A stretch of 63,720 bases of DNA, filler included, from Asterionella formosa (taxonomy: Eukaryota), in the NCBI GenBank assembly GCA_002256025.1. It is 2 parts of 2 records of this genome, joined end to end, with 100 filler letters (N's around TTAATTAATTAA, not from the genome) between each part and the next. Parts side by side here need not be neighbours in the genome. Positions count along the whole stretch, not along the records: positions 1 to 31,831 come from NKIB01000584.1; 1 more part is not named here. One strand, 5' to 3'. Within the stretch, counting starts at the first letter, position 1. Every line of letters begins with the position of its first letter. The notes under the pieces were generated by a model that searched no databases, had not been told where the DNA came from, and saw nothing but the letters and a program-made list of their open reading frames with translations. Below are positions 1 through 12,768 of this stretch, piece by piece. Made by a program: the position numbers and the translations under genes.

Positions 1-375
1 CTACTACTACGCTGGTACTGTGAAACTGTAGGTTTGCCCTACCAGCATTCCCTTCTTCCCCTTGTCTCAATACCCGGTCGGAACATGATCTGACTACTGT
101 GAAACTGTACCTATTAATACAATGGTACTGTGAATCTGTAGGTTTGGTCTACCAGCATTCGCTTCTTCCCCTTTGTCTCAACACCAGGTCGGAACATGAC
201 GTGGCTACTGTGAAACTGTACCTATTACTACAATGGTACTGTGAATCTGTAAGTTTGGTCTACCAGCATTCGCTTCTTCCCCTTTGTCTCAATACCTGGT
301 TGGAACATGATGTGGCTACTGTGAAACTGTACCTATTACTACGCTGGTACTGTTAGACTGTAGCTTTGCACTACC
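1..375. repeat. Tandem repeat, ~111-bp unit, ~3.3 copies (may continue left of the window)
   Basis: GGTACTGT(GAA) recurs at 14, 124, 235 and 346. ORF 99-356 shows the matching 37-aa periodicity. Confidence 0.9.
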
Positions 376-1329
376 AATCTAATGTCTATTACTGAGTATG
401 TTGGTGCTGCATCGCTTCCGATCCAGCAACGTTTCTCTTGACAACCCTGTGTCAATGCATAAACAGAGAATAAACGACAACGGTGATCTTTATTTGGAAT
501 GACAGGTATGACTAATTCCATCGGCTTGTCAGGAAAAACAGTTTCCCAATTTTGGCGATGCTTCTCAAATGTGGCCGTAATGGTGCACAGAAGATTGTTT
601 TTCTTCTGTATCAATACCAGCACCAACAATATTAGTAAAAATACAGGGATCATTTGAAACGCCCCAATAACAGAGAAGTTTTTCAACATCATTGGACTCA
701 TTTCGATTTCGACAACCATTGTTGCTGTACGACATTGGAATCAGCTATTGATTGAATAATGGTTCTGGCATAAATATATATTATACACTTCTTCAGAGTG
801 GCGAGAACATATGTGTGGGACAAGCTACACTACGTACATATATGCTATATAAATATAGCGGTCACTTTGTAGAAACTATGTGTGTGGCAATGGGGTTAGG
901 CTGTCCTATGTAGTGCCTCTGATGTTGCCAATAAAGATATTTCTTAAAACAATGGGATAGTAAAATGTTATTAAGCAAAGTTACGATTGTTATTTCGAAC
1001 CCCCTGCTATTCAAGGTTCATGTGATGCTACTATTTCCTGAATGAAATGAAGCTACTTCCTGATTAGTGATGTTGCGGCTCCAATTCTGCAGCATACAAA
1101 TGTGCTCGCAAATAGCTAGTCAATGAGAATGGAAGACCCATGGCTAATTAAAGCCATGAGCAACAAACTACGCCGCCATCTGGTCCATTTTCACTTTGAT
1201 CCACATCTCATCTTGAAGAACAGATTCAAAATACGGATCGATGTTCGCAATGGGCGAATTATGATCAAAAGGTACTATCTTCTTGATTTCGGTTGGATTT
1301 GGAATCGGGTATGGCCTTCAATGCATCGT

Positions 1330-2103
1330 TCTCCAATTCTGTTGTATAAATTTACCAAAGCTTTTGATTTCCTGTAACAAACAAACAATCGAATTTCGCC
1401 AGCATAATTCCCCATCAATATCGAGACCATATCATTCGTTATAAGACTGATATCATCGTCGTCCCCACAAGAAGGTAGCTCGTAAGGGATTCAACAAAAG
1501 CACATGGCTTGTAAGAAATTCGATTACTAATATGCATATCGATAGATAATGACAAATATTGCTACCGGTACAAGAATGGGATCAATGCATGTACCGGTAG
1601 AGCATTCAAATCAGAATGGCAACAAGGAACACACCGTTGTTGCACAGAATTCATTCTGATTCCTGTTCTTGAAGGATACCCCAAAGTGGAAGGGTGGGTG
1701 TGGATATGTCCGAGATCAGCAGCAAATCGCAAAGAAGAGTCCTGAGTTACTAGATGTGCGTCCCATGGGGACAAAAGCAGCAAAAGATAGTAAGCTGCTC
1801 GCAAATGCTCAGCTTGTCATTGAACAAAAACACGTACAGATGTTGGAAAGAAAGGTGAAGACGCAATGTGATGAATTTTTGTTTAAGATTTTCTCTCTTA
1901 AAATTAATTCAGAGGAAGCTAAAAGATGGTTTGCTATGAAGGCTCAAGAAGCTATGGAGGAGATGGAGGATAGTTCAAAACCATCACGCAAAAAAACCAA
2001 GACCGGTTCTTTGGAGTCAGACAGTTCAGTTGAAATAGATATTTCAACTTCTTGTTCATCATCTACTGATGATGAGGTTTCGATTCTAGAGACTGGACCA
2101 TAA
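1330..2103 (+). pseudogene. Probable PIF/Harbinger accessory ORF remnant (NAM-associated/Myb-partner type)
   Basis: ORF 1669-2103 has LKDTPKW...RPMGTKAAK, resembling the NAM-associated motif. It lies tail-to-tail with a Harbinger transposase. The 5' boundary is approximate. Confidence 0.5.
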
Positions 2104-2226
2104 GAGTATTAAACTAGTTTGATTATAGTGACATTACATTGCACTAATCCTTTCATTATTGCTGCCAATCTAGAACTTGAACTTTACAGACTTAAAAATA
2201 TAAATCAAGAATCAAGTAATTATCTA

Positions 2227-3439
2227 CTATTTGTTCTCGTTTTGAATCCACAAGTGCTCAATCAAATTGTTACGCAATTGAAAGTGCTCACCTTCACTCA
2301 TGTAGTTCATTCTAATATTCTTGAAATCAAGAAATGTGTGTACATTGTCAGGATTCACGTTGTCAACCAAAAATCCATCCTGAATATTGTCAAATAGATG
2401 TTCATTTGTATTTTCAGTTTCCCATTCATCCTCTATGATCATGTTGTGCAAAATGATGCATGCAATAATTACACTGTTCATAGCACCCACTGACCAAAGT
2501 TTACATGGAAGTGCAAGGATTCTCCATCTGGCTCGACATCCTTGCGCTGTGCCTCCTGACGCATCAAGAAATAACTCCGTTTTGGACCTTGTGGCTCTGA
2601 AATTGTCTTGACAAATATATGCCAATTTGGGTAGATTCCGTCAACCAAATAATACCCCAGATTTTGTTGTTGGTTGTTGATGGCAAACTGTACTTTTGGA
2701 GTCCTTCCAGCTGACAAATCATGGAAAAACGGTGAACGATCCAAAATATTAAGATCATTGTTTGCCCCGGGCATTCCAAACCATGCATGCCAGAACCAAA
2801 GTCTACAATCAATCGCAGCTTCCAAAGCAATTGTCACCACTCCTTCTTTTCCTTGATATGCTCCTCTGTGTGCTTTGGGACCGTTTTTCACTCCCAATGC
2901 ATGACATCCAATGAACCAAGAAGCCCCAGCGAACCCTTTCCTTCATGCAAATGTAGAATCATCTCAAGGTCTTCTTTGGTCAGATCTCTAAGATACTCTT
3001 TCCCATACCTGTTGATTATTGCGTTACAGAAGTGTTGCAAATTGTTGAGTGTTGTTGACTCTGACATCCTTGTTAAATCATCCAACTGATCAGCCAAGGT
3101 TCCACAGGCTAACATGCGAAGCGCTGAGGTAAGTTATTGGTGTGGCGAAAATCCCAGTAAACCCAAGGCATTCTTCTTCTGAGAAAAGTAAGAATCCGAA
3201 GCAACCAAATCATCAAGGATCTTCTCAAACATTGAACGTCTCATCCGGAAGCGCCTCCTGAACATTGCTGACGAGTAAATTGGATTTTCACCGAAATAAT
3301 CCTTTTTCAAAAGCTTGTCATAGTCTGTCCGAAATCCTCCTCCCTTGTTTCTTTCATGCTTGGCATTCTCGCTTTGCTTCCGCATTTTGCGGAAGTGGAA
3401 GAAGTGATCGTCATCTGACGAGTCGCTATCATTGATCAT
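2227..3439 (-). pseudogene. PIF/Harbinger transposase (plant transposon protein / ALP1-like), disrupted
   Basis: Consecutive ORF pieces read FRRRFRMRR, GFSPHQ*LTSALRMLA, GSLDVMHWE, ALEA..D..LWFWHAWFGMPGANNDLNIL, GYYLVDGIYP, QEAQRKDVE and ACIILHNMIIEDE. There is one in-frame stop (~3134) and frameshifts (~2890, ~2530). Confidence 0.92.
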
Positions 3440-4929
3440 TTTCGCTGTGTCGAAACAAAAGTCATATTTATTGGTAATAATAAAGAAGCCACAATTCTCT
3501 ACGAACAATATTCAAGTACATAGTTGTAAATTTTTTGATGGGCAGTACCAGGTACCAGATAGTACCGGTAGGAGTATTGCTAGCTGTTTAAGAAAAAGGT
3601 ATGCATGTGTCAAGAATATAGCATCAATGGCTATAATGAGTCACAAGGACTGTGGACTCGACAATAGTCCAATGAGTCAAATGGTGCGTTCCCATGTCAA
3701 GAAGCTTGCTAACGAGATTGATGTCTTAGATCAATCAGAAGAAGGTTTAAATCAACGAAAAGGGAACACGAAGAACAAGTTCTCGAAGTGTGATGAATGG
3801 GATTGAAACTTAGTTTTAGTTTAATCTTATAATTAAGAAACAGTGAGAATTGACAGAGTAAGGTCAATAGCGAAAACTAGCACGAAGGCTAGCAGCAGAA
3901 AAAAGATAAGAATACTAGTGGTATAGCAGGTAAGTTCTACGTAAAAGGAACCCGTCAGACGGGAAGGATTACGAGACCTTTCAACACAGCTGATCCAGTG
4001 AAAAGTTTAGAAAGGTCACAACCGCGATCGACCTCTTGATCTACATCAACGAGACCAGGAGGAATGAACTTTAGCTTGTTCTGAAAGATAATGACCCTGT
4101 CCAAGTTTCTATTATGCCCAGTGGTATGCAAGGATGACCTCGACTGAACCCCCCTTCCAAGAAGACTAATGGACAAGGCGAGAACCACAGTATGCTTGAC
4201 GAAAGCAGTCACAACACAGATGTGCTGTTTGCTAGATTTAGGTGTTGCCAAAAACACTTTGCTCAAAATGAAGTTGTGCGGTCATCCGTCCCAGTTTGCA
4301 GCCAGTTTGCAGGTTTGCTTTGCCAAGATGGATGCCTCAGTGGGTCTTGATCGCGTTCAGAGTGTAGTGACCATGCCAAAATATGGAAATGGTGCCCAAT
4401 CACGAAATCCTGTTAACGAGCATCTCATTTGATTTTAGCATTTGCACACATTTCTGCCAGCAACATCATGCTAGTATCTCAATGATGATACTATCATTTG
4501 TATTTGGAGTACCTGATGGTGGTACTCAAGTATCGGAAATATGATTGTCCAGAAATCAATTCCCCTCGTAATTGCTTTATATCAGCGGACTATACAAATT
4601 TATAAAAACAGTACATACAGGAAAACGGACGAAAGCTATACTGGTAGACAGATGTTGAGCACACCAAGCACTCTCGACCAACTCTGTGCCGCTGAATAGA
4701 GAAAAACCTTGTGTATTTAGCCAGCAAAGAATGACGCATTTACTCTAAAAAAAGTCAATTAAATTTTATGGTACATTAAAGCTATCCAATAAAAAATATT
4801 GCACTCGGGCCCACCAAATAGATGGACACTGTTTGTACCGGTTTTATTCATCCGTACGGTACAACGGGACCTGTCTTTTCGTCAGCCGCACCCCCCGGAA
4901 CCCTTGGAAACTAAATGACAAAAGACAGG

Positions 4930-4990
4930 TGGAGAAGGCAGAAATCGAACCCGCCACCACAGGGGTGTGCTAACCACTAAGCCATTCCCC
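4930..4990 (-). ncRNA. tRNA-like Pol III head (pseudo-tRNA or SINE head)
   Basis: Minus strand reads GGGGAATGGCTTAGTGGTTAGCACACCCCTGTGGTGGCGGGTTCGATTTCTGCCTTCTCCA. It has an A box, a B box, a T-stem (GCGGG/TCTGC) and acceptor-like pairing, but a shortened anticodon region. Confidence 0.55.
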
Positions 4991-5090
4991 AAATGACACA
5001 TTTTTTCTCTACGCACATAATACTGCTGTACTGTATTACAATTACTACCTGGTACTTGGTAAAAAACGGTGCATAGGGTAATTCGCATGC

Positions 5091-6540
5091 TCCTGTCTCC
5101 TCATAGTATGTACACAGCCACGACTAGATTTACCTTGATGGGGAGACAGGATGATGGCGATTTTAGCATTGCCACATCCTTTAATCAAAACGTCATCCCA
5201 TTACATTCTCCATAGTTCAAAACATTCAAAGGTTAATAAGAAATAATATTGTTCTTGGTTGAATCGGTTTCTATGATCATTTGATTTTCCAAATTTTGGT
5301 GCACTTGTGCACCACAATGCATCACATACTCATTTCTAGAGAGACGAAGCTGTATGTAGATCATATTATGTTGTGTAGGCTCTACAAACTTCTTTCTTGC
5401 CACAGTTTTCGCAAGCCAATCACATCATGCTATTTATTTGTGTATCATGATGAAAAAATCATAAGCCTCAGGCTGAAGAAAAAGATTTGAAAAGAAGCTT
5501 TGTCGAAGCCAAATAACATCAGGCCGACTGCCAGTGAGGCAATGGAGGACCACGTTTGCTTCCCTACCTGATGCAACAGAGGATGACAGAGATGAGTACG
5601 ATAACAGTCGACCAAATTGTCAGCTCTCACAGTTTTTGAATAAGAGAACAGCTCACCGAAGTAGTGTCAGAAAAAGGATTGGTGGAAATGACATACTATG
5701 GTCAACTTTTGATGGTTTGAGGCAGCAAGATCGATGCTGCACCATTCGAATGCTCGCCAATGAGCTTAAAAGGGCAGCTGGAAACGAAAATGCATCTATT
5801 GCGGCTCTGTTAAAGAGGTTCAAACAATAGATGGTGAAGTAAATAGGGTATTGTTCTTGGGCAAAAGACTCGACCTATCCAACAAGAGAGCTTGAGTTCT
5901 TTGTAACATATGCCAATCAACAGTTTCAGACCTTTGATATGGACCCTAGACGCTTTGTAAATATTGATGAGACAAGCATCATCAATGACTTGTATGCATC
6001 CTCATTTACATTGAAGAAACCTGGAGCCAGGCGGACAATTGGAATGAAGAAGACTTCAGGCACCTCAGGTCGTTGCACTGTGCTTTTAGGTGTAACTTTT
6101 AGTAGAGAAAAGATACCTTTATTTATTTTGTTCAAGAAGGGAACCAGTGATGGACAGATAAGCAGGCATTGAGCCATCAATCCACCAAACGCTTTTTTGG
6201 CTTTCTTGGCTAGACCAAACTGCCTTTTGAATTGGATCTAGTTGTTCTTACCTGCAAATATTCTACTTTTCGGTTCAAAAAATTGGTAAATGTTCCTCAG
6301 ATACTATGAAATCTTGTGCTACAAATCCCAGATTCACGCACTGGACGTGGGAATCACCAACAAGCCATTCAAAGGCTATGTGTAGGCTGCATGGGAGAAT
6401 TTTATAATTCAAAACCTAGAATATGATAAGGTTAAGAGGCACAATGTTGCTCAATTGGTGGAGGAATCATGGGCCCAGGTACTAACTGCGTCTTCGATCA
6501 CAAATATCTGAGCCAGCATTGGATACAAAGCTGGCTTACT
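5091..6540 (+). mobile_element. pogo/Tigger-like (DDE_1) DNA transposon remnant
   Basis: FVNIDET...RCTVLLGVTFSREKIPLFILFK (5939-6172), then ALDVGI-NKPFKGYV*AAWENF and VAQLVEESWAQV (~6340-6480). A CENP-B-like segment lies at 5534-5830 and a subterminal inverted repeat at 5091-5151. Confidence 0.8.
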
Positions 6541-6828
6541 TTCATAACAGCAGTTTGTTTGGATACATATAGTGACTATATCTCTCATTTGTTAAATATT
6601 TCGTTTTCAAACTTCATGCCTGACTTATAAGGTTAAGATGCACAATGTTGTCCAAGGAGTGGAGGAATCATGGGCCCAGGTACTAACTGTGTCTTCGATC
6701 ACAAATACCTGGGCCAACATTGGATACTAAGCTGCTGGTTCACTTTTTTTAACAGTCTAGTTGGATACATATAGTGATTATATCTCTCATTTGTCAGATA
6801 TTTCGTTTTCAAACTACATGTCTGACTT
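6426..6828. repeat. Tandem duplication, 2 x ~201 bp (3' end of the pogo ORF)
   Basis: ATAAGGTTAAGA..CACAATGTTG...GGCCCAGGTACTAACTG...CTGACTT occurs twice (6426, 6628). Confidence 0.9.
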
Positions 6829-7510
6829 GCCAATGAAAAATGATATGTCTTGTTGATGACTAGAAATCACATCAAATGACCAGTTTGAAGTCTTAAACTG
6901 CTCAAATATTTTAAAAATTATCATATCTATCCTTGTTAAATCAAGATTGTCGAACCTTATTCATAGAAGCACCCTTTAGAATTCATTTACTCTTAAATTT
7001 CGATGTCATCAAAAAGTCGAAACAAAGTTACTTCAAGGTTGGGGCTGCTCCTAGCCCTCCTTGTTCGATTGTCACGCACTTTCTCATCATACAGTTCAAT
7101 GATTTGAGCAATATCTTGTTTCTCTAAAGAAGCAATGATCTTGCCCAAAATCTGACTGTGCACAGCTCTGTTCCATCTCGGACAACCACAGCCTTCATCG
7201 CCCTCTGCAGCTTTTTCTCCTCATGAATCTCCATCATTTTCAGCTTGCATAACTACAGCTTCTCTCATTTGTGACACCATGTAGGCCAAGTACTGCTCCA
7301 TCTCGACAAAACATCATTTTGATGATAGTGCCTAAAAATTAATATGATGCATGCTGGTAGCTTTTTACAATCGTAGAAAAATAATATGTTTCTTTTCTGT
7401 GCATGTAAAACAATGTACCATGATGAGACAAGAGCATGGGGGAGGACATGAGCACGTGATTTATGGTAAGTTAACATGAACCTTCCAGGATGTCATCAAA
7501 ATTTGCAACC

Positions 7511-8150
7511 AGCCATGAGAATGTACAATACGATTATTAATACATCGAAAAGCTATTGTTATGAGTTATAAGGAAACTCAGTTCCATAGGTTTTGGTTAT
7601 AATTTTCAACATGCTAGTAAATCATTGTCTTTTTCGATTTTCTATAGATGCATCATTAAAATCATTTTATTCATCTATGTAGTTAAATTAACGATGACTC
7701 ACTCGCAGAAAAATGACCCCATAATCCTACAGTATGTATGAAGTAATTAATTTGTCACTTGTGCAGGATTACCAACTTGTAGATATCTAATGAATCACAT
7801 GGAGCACTTGAATTGTGAAAAATATTTTGTTTCTTTGCACCTACTAGCCATGAGAAGAATTCACAATAAAAATGATTATGAGTGATAACAAAGGAAACTC
7901 ATTTCCATAGGTTTTGGTCATCATTTTCAACATGCTAGTAAATCATTATCCTTTTTGATTTTCTTTAGATGCATCATTTAAATCTATTTATTAATCTATG
8001 TAGCTAAATTAACGATGACTCACTCAGAAAAAAATGACCCCACATGAAACCTACAGAATCATGAAGAGGGTAATTTGTCTCATGTGCGGGATTAACATCT
8101 TGTAGTCATAGAATGAATCAAATGGAGCACTTGAATTGTGGAGATATTTT
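7511..8150. repeat. Diverged tandem duplication, 2 x ~320 bp
   Basis: AGCCATGAGAA...AGGAAACTCA.TTCCATAGGTTTTGG...ATGGAGCACTTGAATTGTG at 7511 and 7846. Confidence 0.85.
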
Positions 8151-9106
8151 CCTGCAATGGTTCTTGTCGTCGTTGTCGCTGTGTGCAGGATGTATCATAC
8201 CACGTTCCTAAGTACTCGATATTATTCCTGGTCAAACTTGGATGGTTCCTGTCGTCGATGTACATACCAGTGCTACCGGTATTCTACCACGTTCCATCGA
8301 TTTATGGTATAGTGACCAACCTACCGTTACCGGCTTTTACTGTTGATAATTCCTTTTGTCTCAAGTTGCGACCTGAGCAGGTGCTGTGTCTTTCTGAGAG
8401 TAGGGGCAATAGACAATTCTGAAAAAGAATAGATGCCATAGTTTTCCGATATGAAGGCATTTCACCGAAATAATGCCACCCTTTATACCACGTAGGAAAG
8501 GTAGCACATGCTCTGAGCGATGTGTGCTTGGAAAGGTTGAAATGCACTTCGACAATAAGGGTCAGATATTGTTCGAAACGGGAAATTGTCGTCGGAAAGG
8601 TTATTAGCACAAGCTTCAAGCGATGTGTGCTTCGAAAGGTGGAAATACTATACTTCGACAATAGCAAGGGACAGAAATCGTTCGAAACGGGAAATTGTCG
8701 TCGAACATGTATGCATAGAGTTTTCGTACATTTAGACCATTTCACAAATATGATGAAAGCGTGGGCATATTGAAGCTGAGCCCTTGCTGAAAACTACCTC
8801 GGCTTTTCTAACTCAAATGTTTCATGAAGCCTCCTCATGATCTCATATGTCATACTTATCCCCTTTCCGAACATCAAGTACCCTCATGTATAAATATATA
8901 CATTTTGGACAAGCAACAAAAAATATCGGTATTATTTTTACTACATCATAGAATAACAATCAAAGGATGGTTTAACTAACCACCACGACTACCTGTACAC
9001 GGAAGAATGCAGTATCATATCACACAAGTCGTTTTTCTGGTTCTCATTTTTTCATTTTTACGAAGAAGCAACATGGAGCGTAACTGACCATAAGCTTACA
9101 ACCAAG

Positions 9107-10516
9107 ATGAACACTAGCTTCCCCTCCCTGTACGAACACCAGCTCCTGGCTCAGCAACGACGAGCCCTCGTCGCAGGAGGGTTTCACAATGTGATATTCT
9201 TTCCTCATATGCAAATGATTCAGCAACCACAGCTTGGCATTGCGTGCTGCACATCTCCTGCATATCCGGCGTCGCTCTTGGAAACACAAATCATGCTCTT
9301 GCAGCGGCAGCGAATCATGCAGCAGCCCAGCAGCAAGGCATTGTTTCAGCAGATGATCATGCAGCAGATGCAGCAGCAACAACAGCGACAACAGCAGCAT
9401 GTGATTCCAAGCAATCACATTCCTTCCGCCCTGATGACAATGGCTTCAGTACCTTTCGCGAATCGTACCCCCGTTTCGACTACTTCATGCTCGCAAGAGA
9501 ACAAGAAGCTACCGGTCATCTCCCCTACAGAGCTCGGAGTAGCCATCAAGAAGGAAGAAGACTCCATGTTGGATCCTTCCGAGAGCAGCAATGCTGTGGT
9601 GTCGAACAAGGCTCGCAGCATAACAAAGCAACGACAGGGAAACAAGTCGCGCGAAAACAAGCCGAGTTCTCGAAATGCCAAGTGGATGGAATCCTACAAT
9701 GAATTGACGAAGTACAAGCATGAATACGGGAGCTGCATTGTTCCCCGTGGATACGTCTTTAATCCGCGCTTGGCTGTGTGGGTCGCTGAACAACGCAAGC
9801 AATACAAACTTCGCTTTGATGGGAGGAACTCCAGCATTACAGCAGAACGCATTGCTTTACTCGAACAAGTGGACTTTGCATGGAATGCTCAGGAGGCTGC
9901 ATGGGAAAGACACATGGCTGACTTGAAGGCCTTCAAAGATGAGAACGGAGACTGTCTTGTTCCTGTCAATCATCCAAACTATCCCAAACTGGGATTGTGG
10001 GTCAAGGAACAACGACGTCATTTCAATTTTCTCAAGCGAGGCAAGCCCTCGCATATGACGGACTCTCGCTACGTGGAACTCAGTGGCTTGGGATTTTGTT
10101 GGGACACCCAAGAAGCTGTGTGGGGGGAACGACTCCGAGAGTTAAAGCAGTTCAAGGTTAAGAATGGACATTCCATGGTGCCAACGCATTATTCGACCAA
10201 TCCACGATTGGGAACATGGGTGCATCATCAACGACGGCAATATCGCGAGCACAAGCGGGACAAGCCATGTCATATTACACACGAGAGGATTGCGGCTCTT
10301 GATAGGATTGGTTTTATCTGGCATCCACGGGACAAGGTGATCCAGGGTGGCACTGAGAGAGGTGATGATATTAATATTGAGGATGAGGAGGGGGAAGAGG
10401 AGTGTGATGATGATGAAACTACTGAGTTTGATCTCAAGCCCAAGAAGCGAGTGCGATATGGAAATGGTGGTGGCTGTGAACATTTAAGTGAACGAAATAA
10501 AAACCAATCTCTTTGA
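9107..10516 (+). CDS. Helicase-associated (HA, PF03457-type) triple-repeat protein with Q-rich N-terminus, copy 1
   Basis: 469-aa ORF with three W...L..(Y/F)K...G...VP.....L..WV..QR...........R...L....F.W repeats, a polyQ N-terminus, an acidic tail and an NLS-like KPKKRVR. Confidence 0.9.
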   Translation: MNTSFPSLYEHQLLAQQRRALVAGGFHNVIFFPHMQMIQQPQLGIACCTSPAYPASLLETQIMLLQRQRIMQQPSSKALFQQMIMQQMQQQQQRQQQHVIPSNHIPSALMTMASVPFANRTPVSTTSCSQENKKLPVISPTELGVAIKKEEDSMLDPSESSNAVVSNKARSITKQRQGNKSRENKPSSRNAKWMESYNELTKYKHEYGSCIVPRGYVFNPRLAVWVAEQRKQYKLRFDGRNSSITAERIALLEQVDFAWNAQEAAWERHMADLKAFKDENGDCLVPVNHPNYPKLGLWVKEQRRHFNFLKRGKPSHMTDSRYVELSGLGFCWDTQEAVWGERLRELKQFKVKNGHSMVPTHYSTNPRLGTWVHHQRRQYREHKRDKPCHITHERIAALDRIGFIWHPRDKVIQGGTERGDDINIEDEEGEEECDDDETTEFDLKPKKRVRYGNGGGCEHLSERNKNQSL

Positions 10517-11499
10517 GAGTTTCAATGTTAATAATCTGTCAATGCATTGCATAGTAAGTCTGTACTTGCATGCATTCAATTAATTTCACGCAAAAAGTAT
10601 ATGCTTTCGCATCAAATAGTCAACGTATAATGACCCCTAAAATTTGGAGCTTTCCATCTTCTAGGTAAGCCAATTGTATATTTGTTCTGCAGTTGAAGCA
10701 TTTTTTGTTCCCCTTCAATGTTCTAACAATTTTCCCATATTAGTTAACTATTTGCTTTTGCAGTATACATTTGAAGTCGAATATATATACATTAACTAAT
10801 ATACTTTATCATGATTGATTGATCTTTTTTCTATGATGTATTGATAAAACTTGCGTACTTATTTTATTGTATTTTATTGTCATTGTATTACTTTAACATG
10901 ATTTTGATTAAAACTTTATTATTAACATTTTCAAAAAACATCATAGTTTTTTGATCAATGTATGATAGCTATTTGATTAACATTATTTAATATTACGTAT
11001 CATACTTTGGTGATGTATGCATCGAAATAACCTTATCGTGATATCACATTATCTTCTTATCAATCATTCAATGTTGATTGGGAACTGTATTCTGCATTGT
11101 ACTACGGAGTATGGTATTTTAACATGCACTTTAGTAGCCATATCACTCCTGTAATGTACACAAGTCAGAAACATCAAGATGAACATCATGAAAGCAGAGA
11201 AACTATTGCATTTCTAAAATAAAAGATATTCAAGAAAAAGTTTGAGCTATTAAGACCTTGAATTCAAGAAGATCAATGCAGACAGAGATGTCATGCTGAC
11301 TAAGGCAGTTGATGCACTGAGTTGGGAACGAAATTGAATCTTTTCCAAATCATACATGGAAGAAAAAGAATTTCTTTGTAAAATCATCGAGAACAATCCC
11401 GAAGGCAGCTAGCTACTTTTGTGAAGAGTCGGCATGTGAAATGTGTAGAGTTATTATGCCAAAGCAAACTGAATTTTCCTTGAGTTTGCCAGAAACGCA

Positions 11500-12190
11500 T
11501 GGACAACTAAAATTGTGGAAAGATTTGTACACACATACCCCACAAGAAATGGGCGAAATGTACTGTGTTTTGGGGACAAGTCGGCACGAGAGACGACGCT
11601 CACAGCTGATCGTCCATCCAACCGCCTCAGGGAGCTGATCCCGTCGTCATTAGCCATACGCAGTGCATACGGCCATAGACAATTTGACATAGCGCTTGGC
11701 CTCCTCGCTGACGCATGTAGGAGGGCCATACGTGTCATTTCTTGTACATCACTGATTCTCCTCTCCGCCACTCCATTTTGGAAGTGGGCGTCACCTCACA
11801 ATACGAAATCTCCTGTCATTGCTCAGCAATGTCTCGAAGGAAGAGGGTATCCGCAAATCGGCCATTGTCGGCATGATAGTGTAATACCCTCACACCATGC
11901 GATGCGCAATAGCGCTCAAACGCCCTCTTCGCTTGGACCGTTTTGTCGGATATCAAGGACCTCTGCAGGTGGACTTGTTACAGCCTGCTGAAGTGATCCA
12001 CAAAAATCGTCGCAGCAGTATACCTTTGAGTAGTCGGAACTTCCTTTAGCTGCGCAATAAGACCGGGTGTAGCTTGAGGAAGGCGGTTCCTCTAGGGGCG
12101 GTTGGAGAAGCAAGTCGATACGAAGATGAGTTGTCCGTAGACACTTTGAGCAATTCCTGCTCCAGCTATTGTCTTGTTACCATTTGGGTA
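11500..12190 (-). mobile_element. Ty1/Copia (CoDi-like) integrase remnant
   Basis: Minus strand gives TPGLIAQL...RYTAATIFVDHFS...KRAFERYCASHGVRVLHYHADNGRFAD, then a frameshift to AERRISDVQEMTRMALLHASAR.PSA....LWPYALR. Confidence 0.85.
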
Positions 12191-12550
12191 CGTCTGCAAA
12201 AAAATATTGTACTTATAAGATCAGGGGTATCATACCATAACTGGCACAGAATTTTTCTGTGCATGATACATATTTCGTTATATGTGTGATAAATGCATAC
12301 TATGAACGTGAACTGGCTAAGATTACTCATAATAATCAAACCACCATATAATTATCAAAACAGTATCATATGATGTATATTATTTTATCATATACCTATC
12401 CTGCCTTATATGATGGTAACTCTAATCGAAACAGCTGTTAAAAATAGGGGTGAAACGGAATGTAATTTTACTGTTATATCACGAAATCATTTTTATGTTT
12501 CTACATTTTGTGTGGTTAAACAGCCAATGTTCCCCTTTTCTATTCTTGTC

Positions 12551-12768
12551 TCAATGCTCTTGATGCATGCCTCCTGCCTCCCTTCAATGCTTGTGAGGAT
12601 GCATGCCTCCCCCAACTCCCTTCAATGCTCGTAAGTGTACATGCCTCCCGCTTCCCTTCAATGCTCTTGAGGATGCCTGCCTCTCCCCCGCTTCCCTTCA
12701 ATGCTCTTGAGGATGCATTGCATCCTGCCTTCAAATCTCTTGATGCATACCTACCGCCTCCCTTCCAC
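12551..12768. repeat. Minisatellite, ~35-40-bp unit, ~6 copies
   Basis: Variants of CCTTCAATGCTCTTGAGGATGCATGCCTCC repeat in tandem. Confidence 0.85.

Noticed and set aside
1..375. Possible CRISPR array
   Set aside because: Whole units repeat, so there are no unique spacers. No cas genes are present and the context is eukaryotic.
339..719. 126-aa ORF with a hydrophobic segment
   Set aside because: No recognisable domain, and it runs into the tandem repeat.
4930..4990. Functional tRNA gene
   Set aside because: It is only ~61 nt and lacks a proper anticodon stem and variable region.
8560..8705. Heat-shock elements upstream of the HA gene
   Set aside because: The motifs are TTCGAA without the 2-nt spacing of nGAAnnTTCn.
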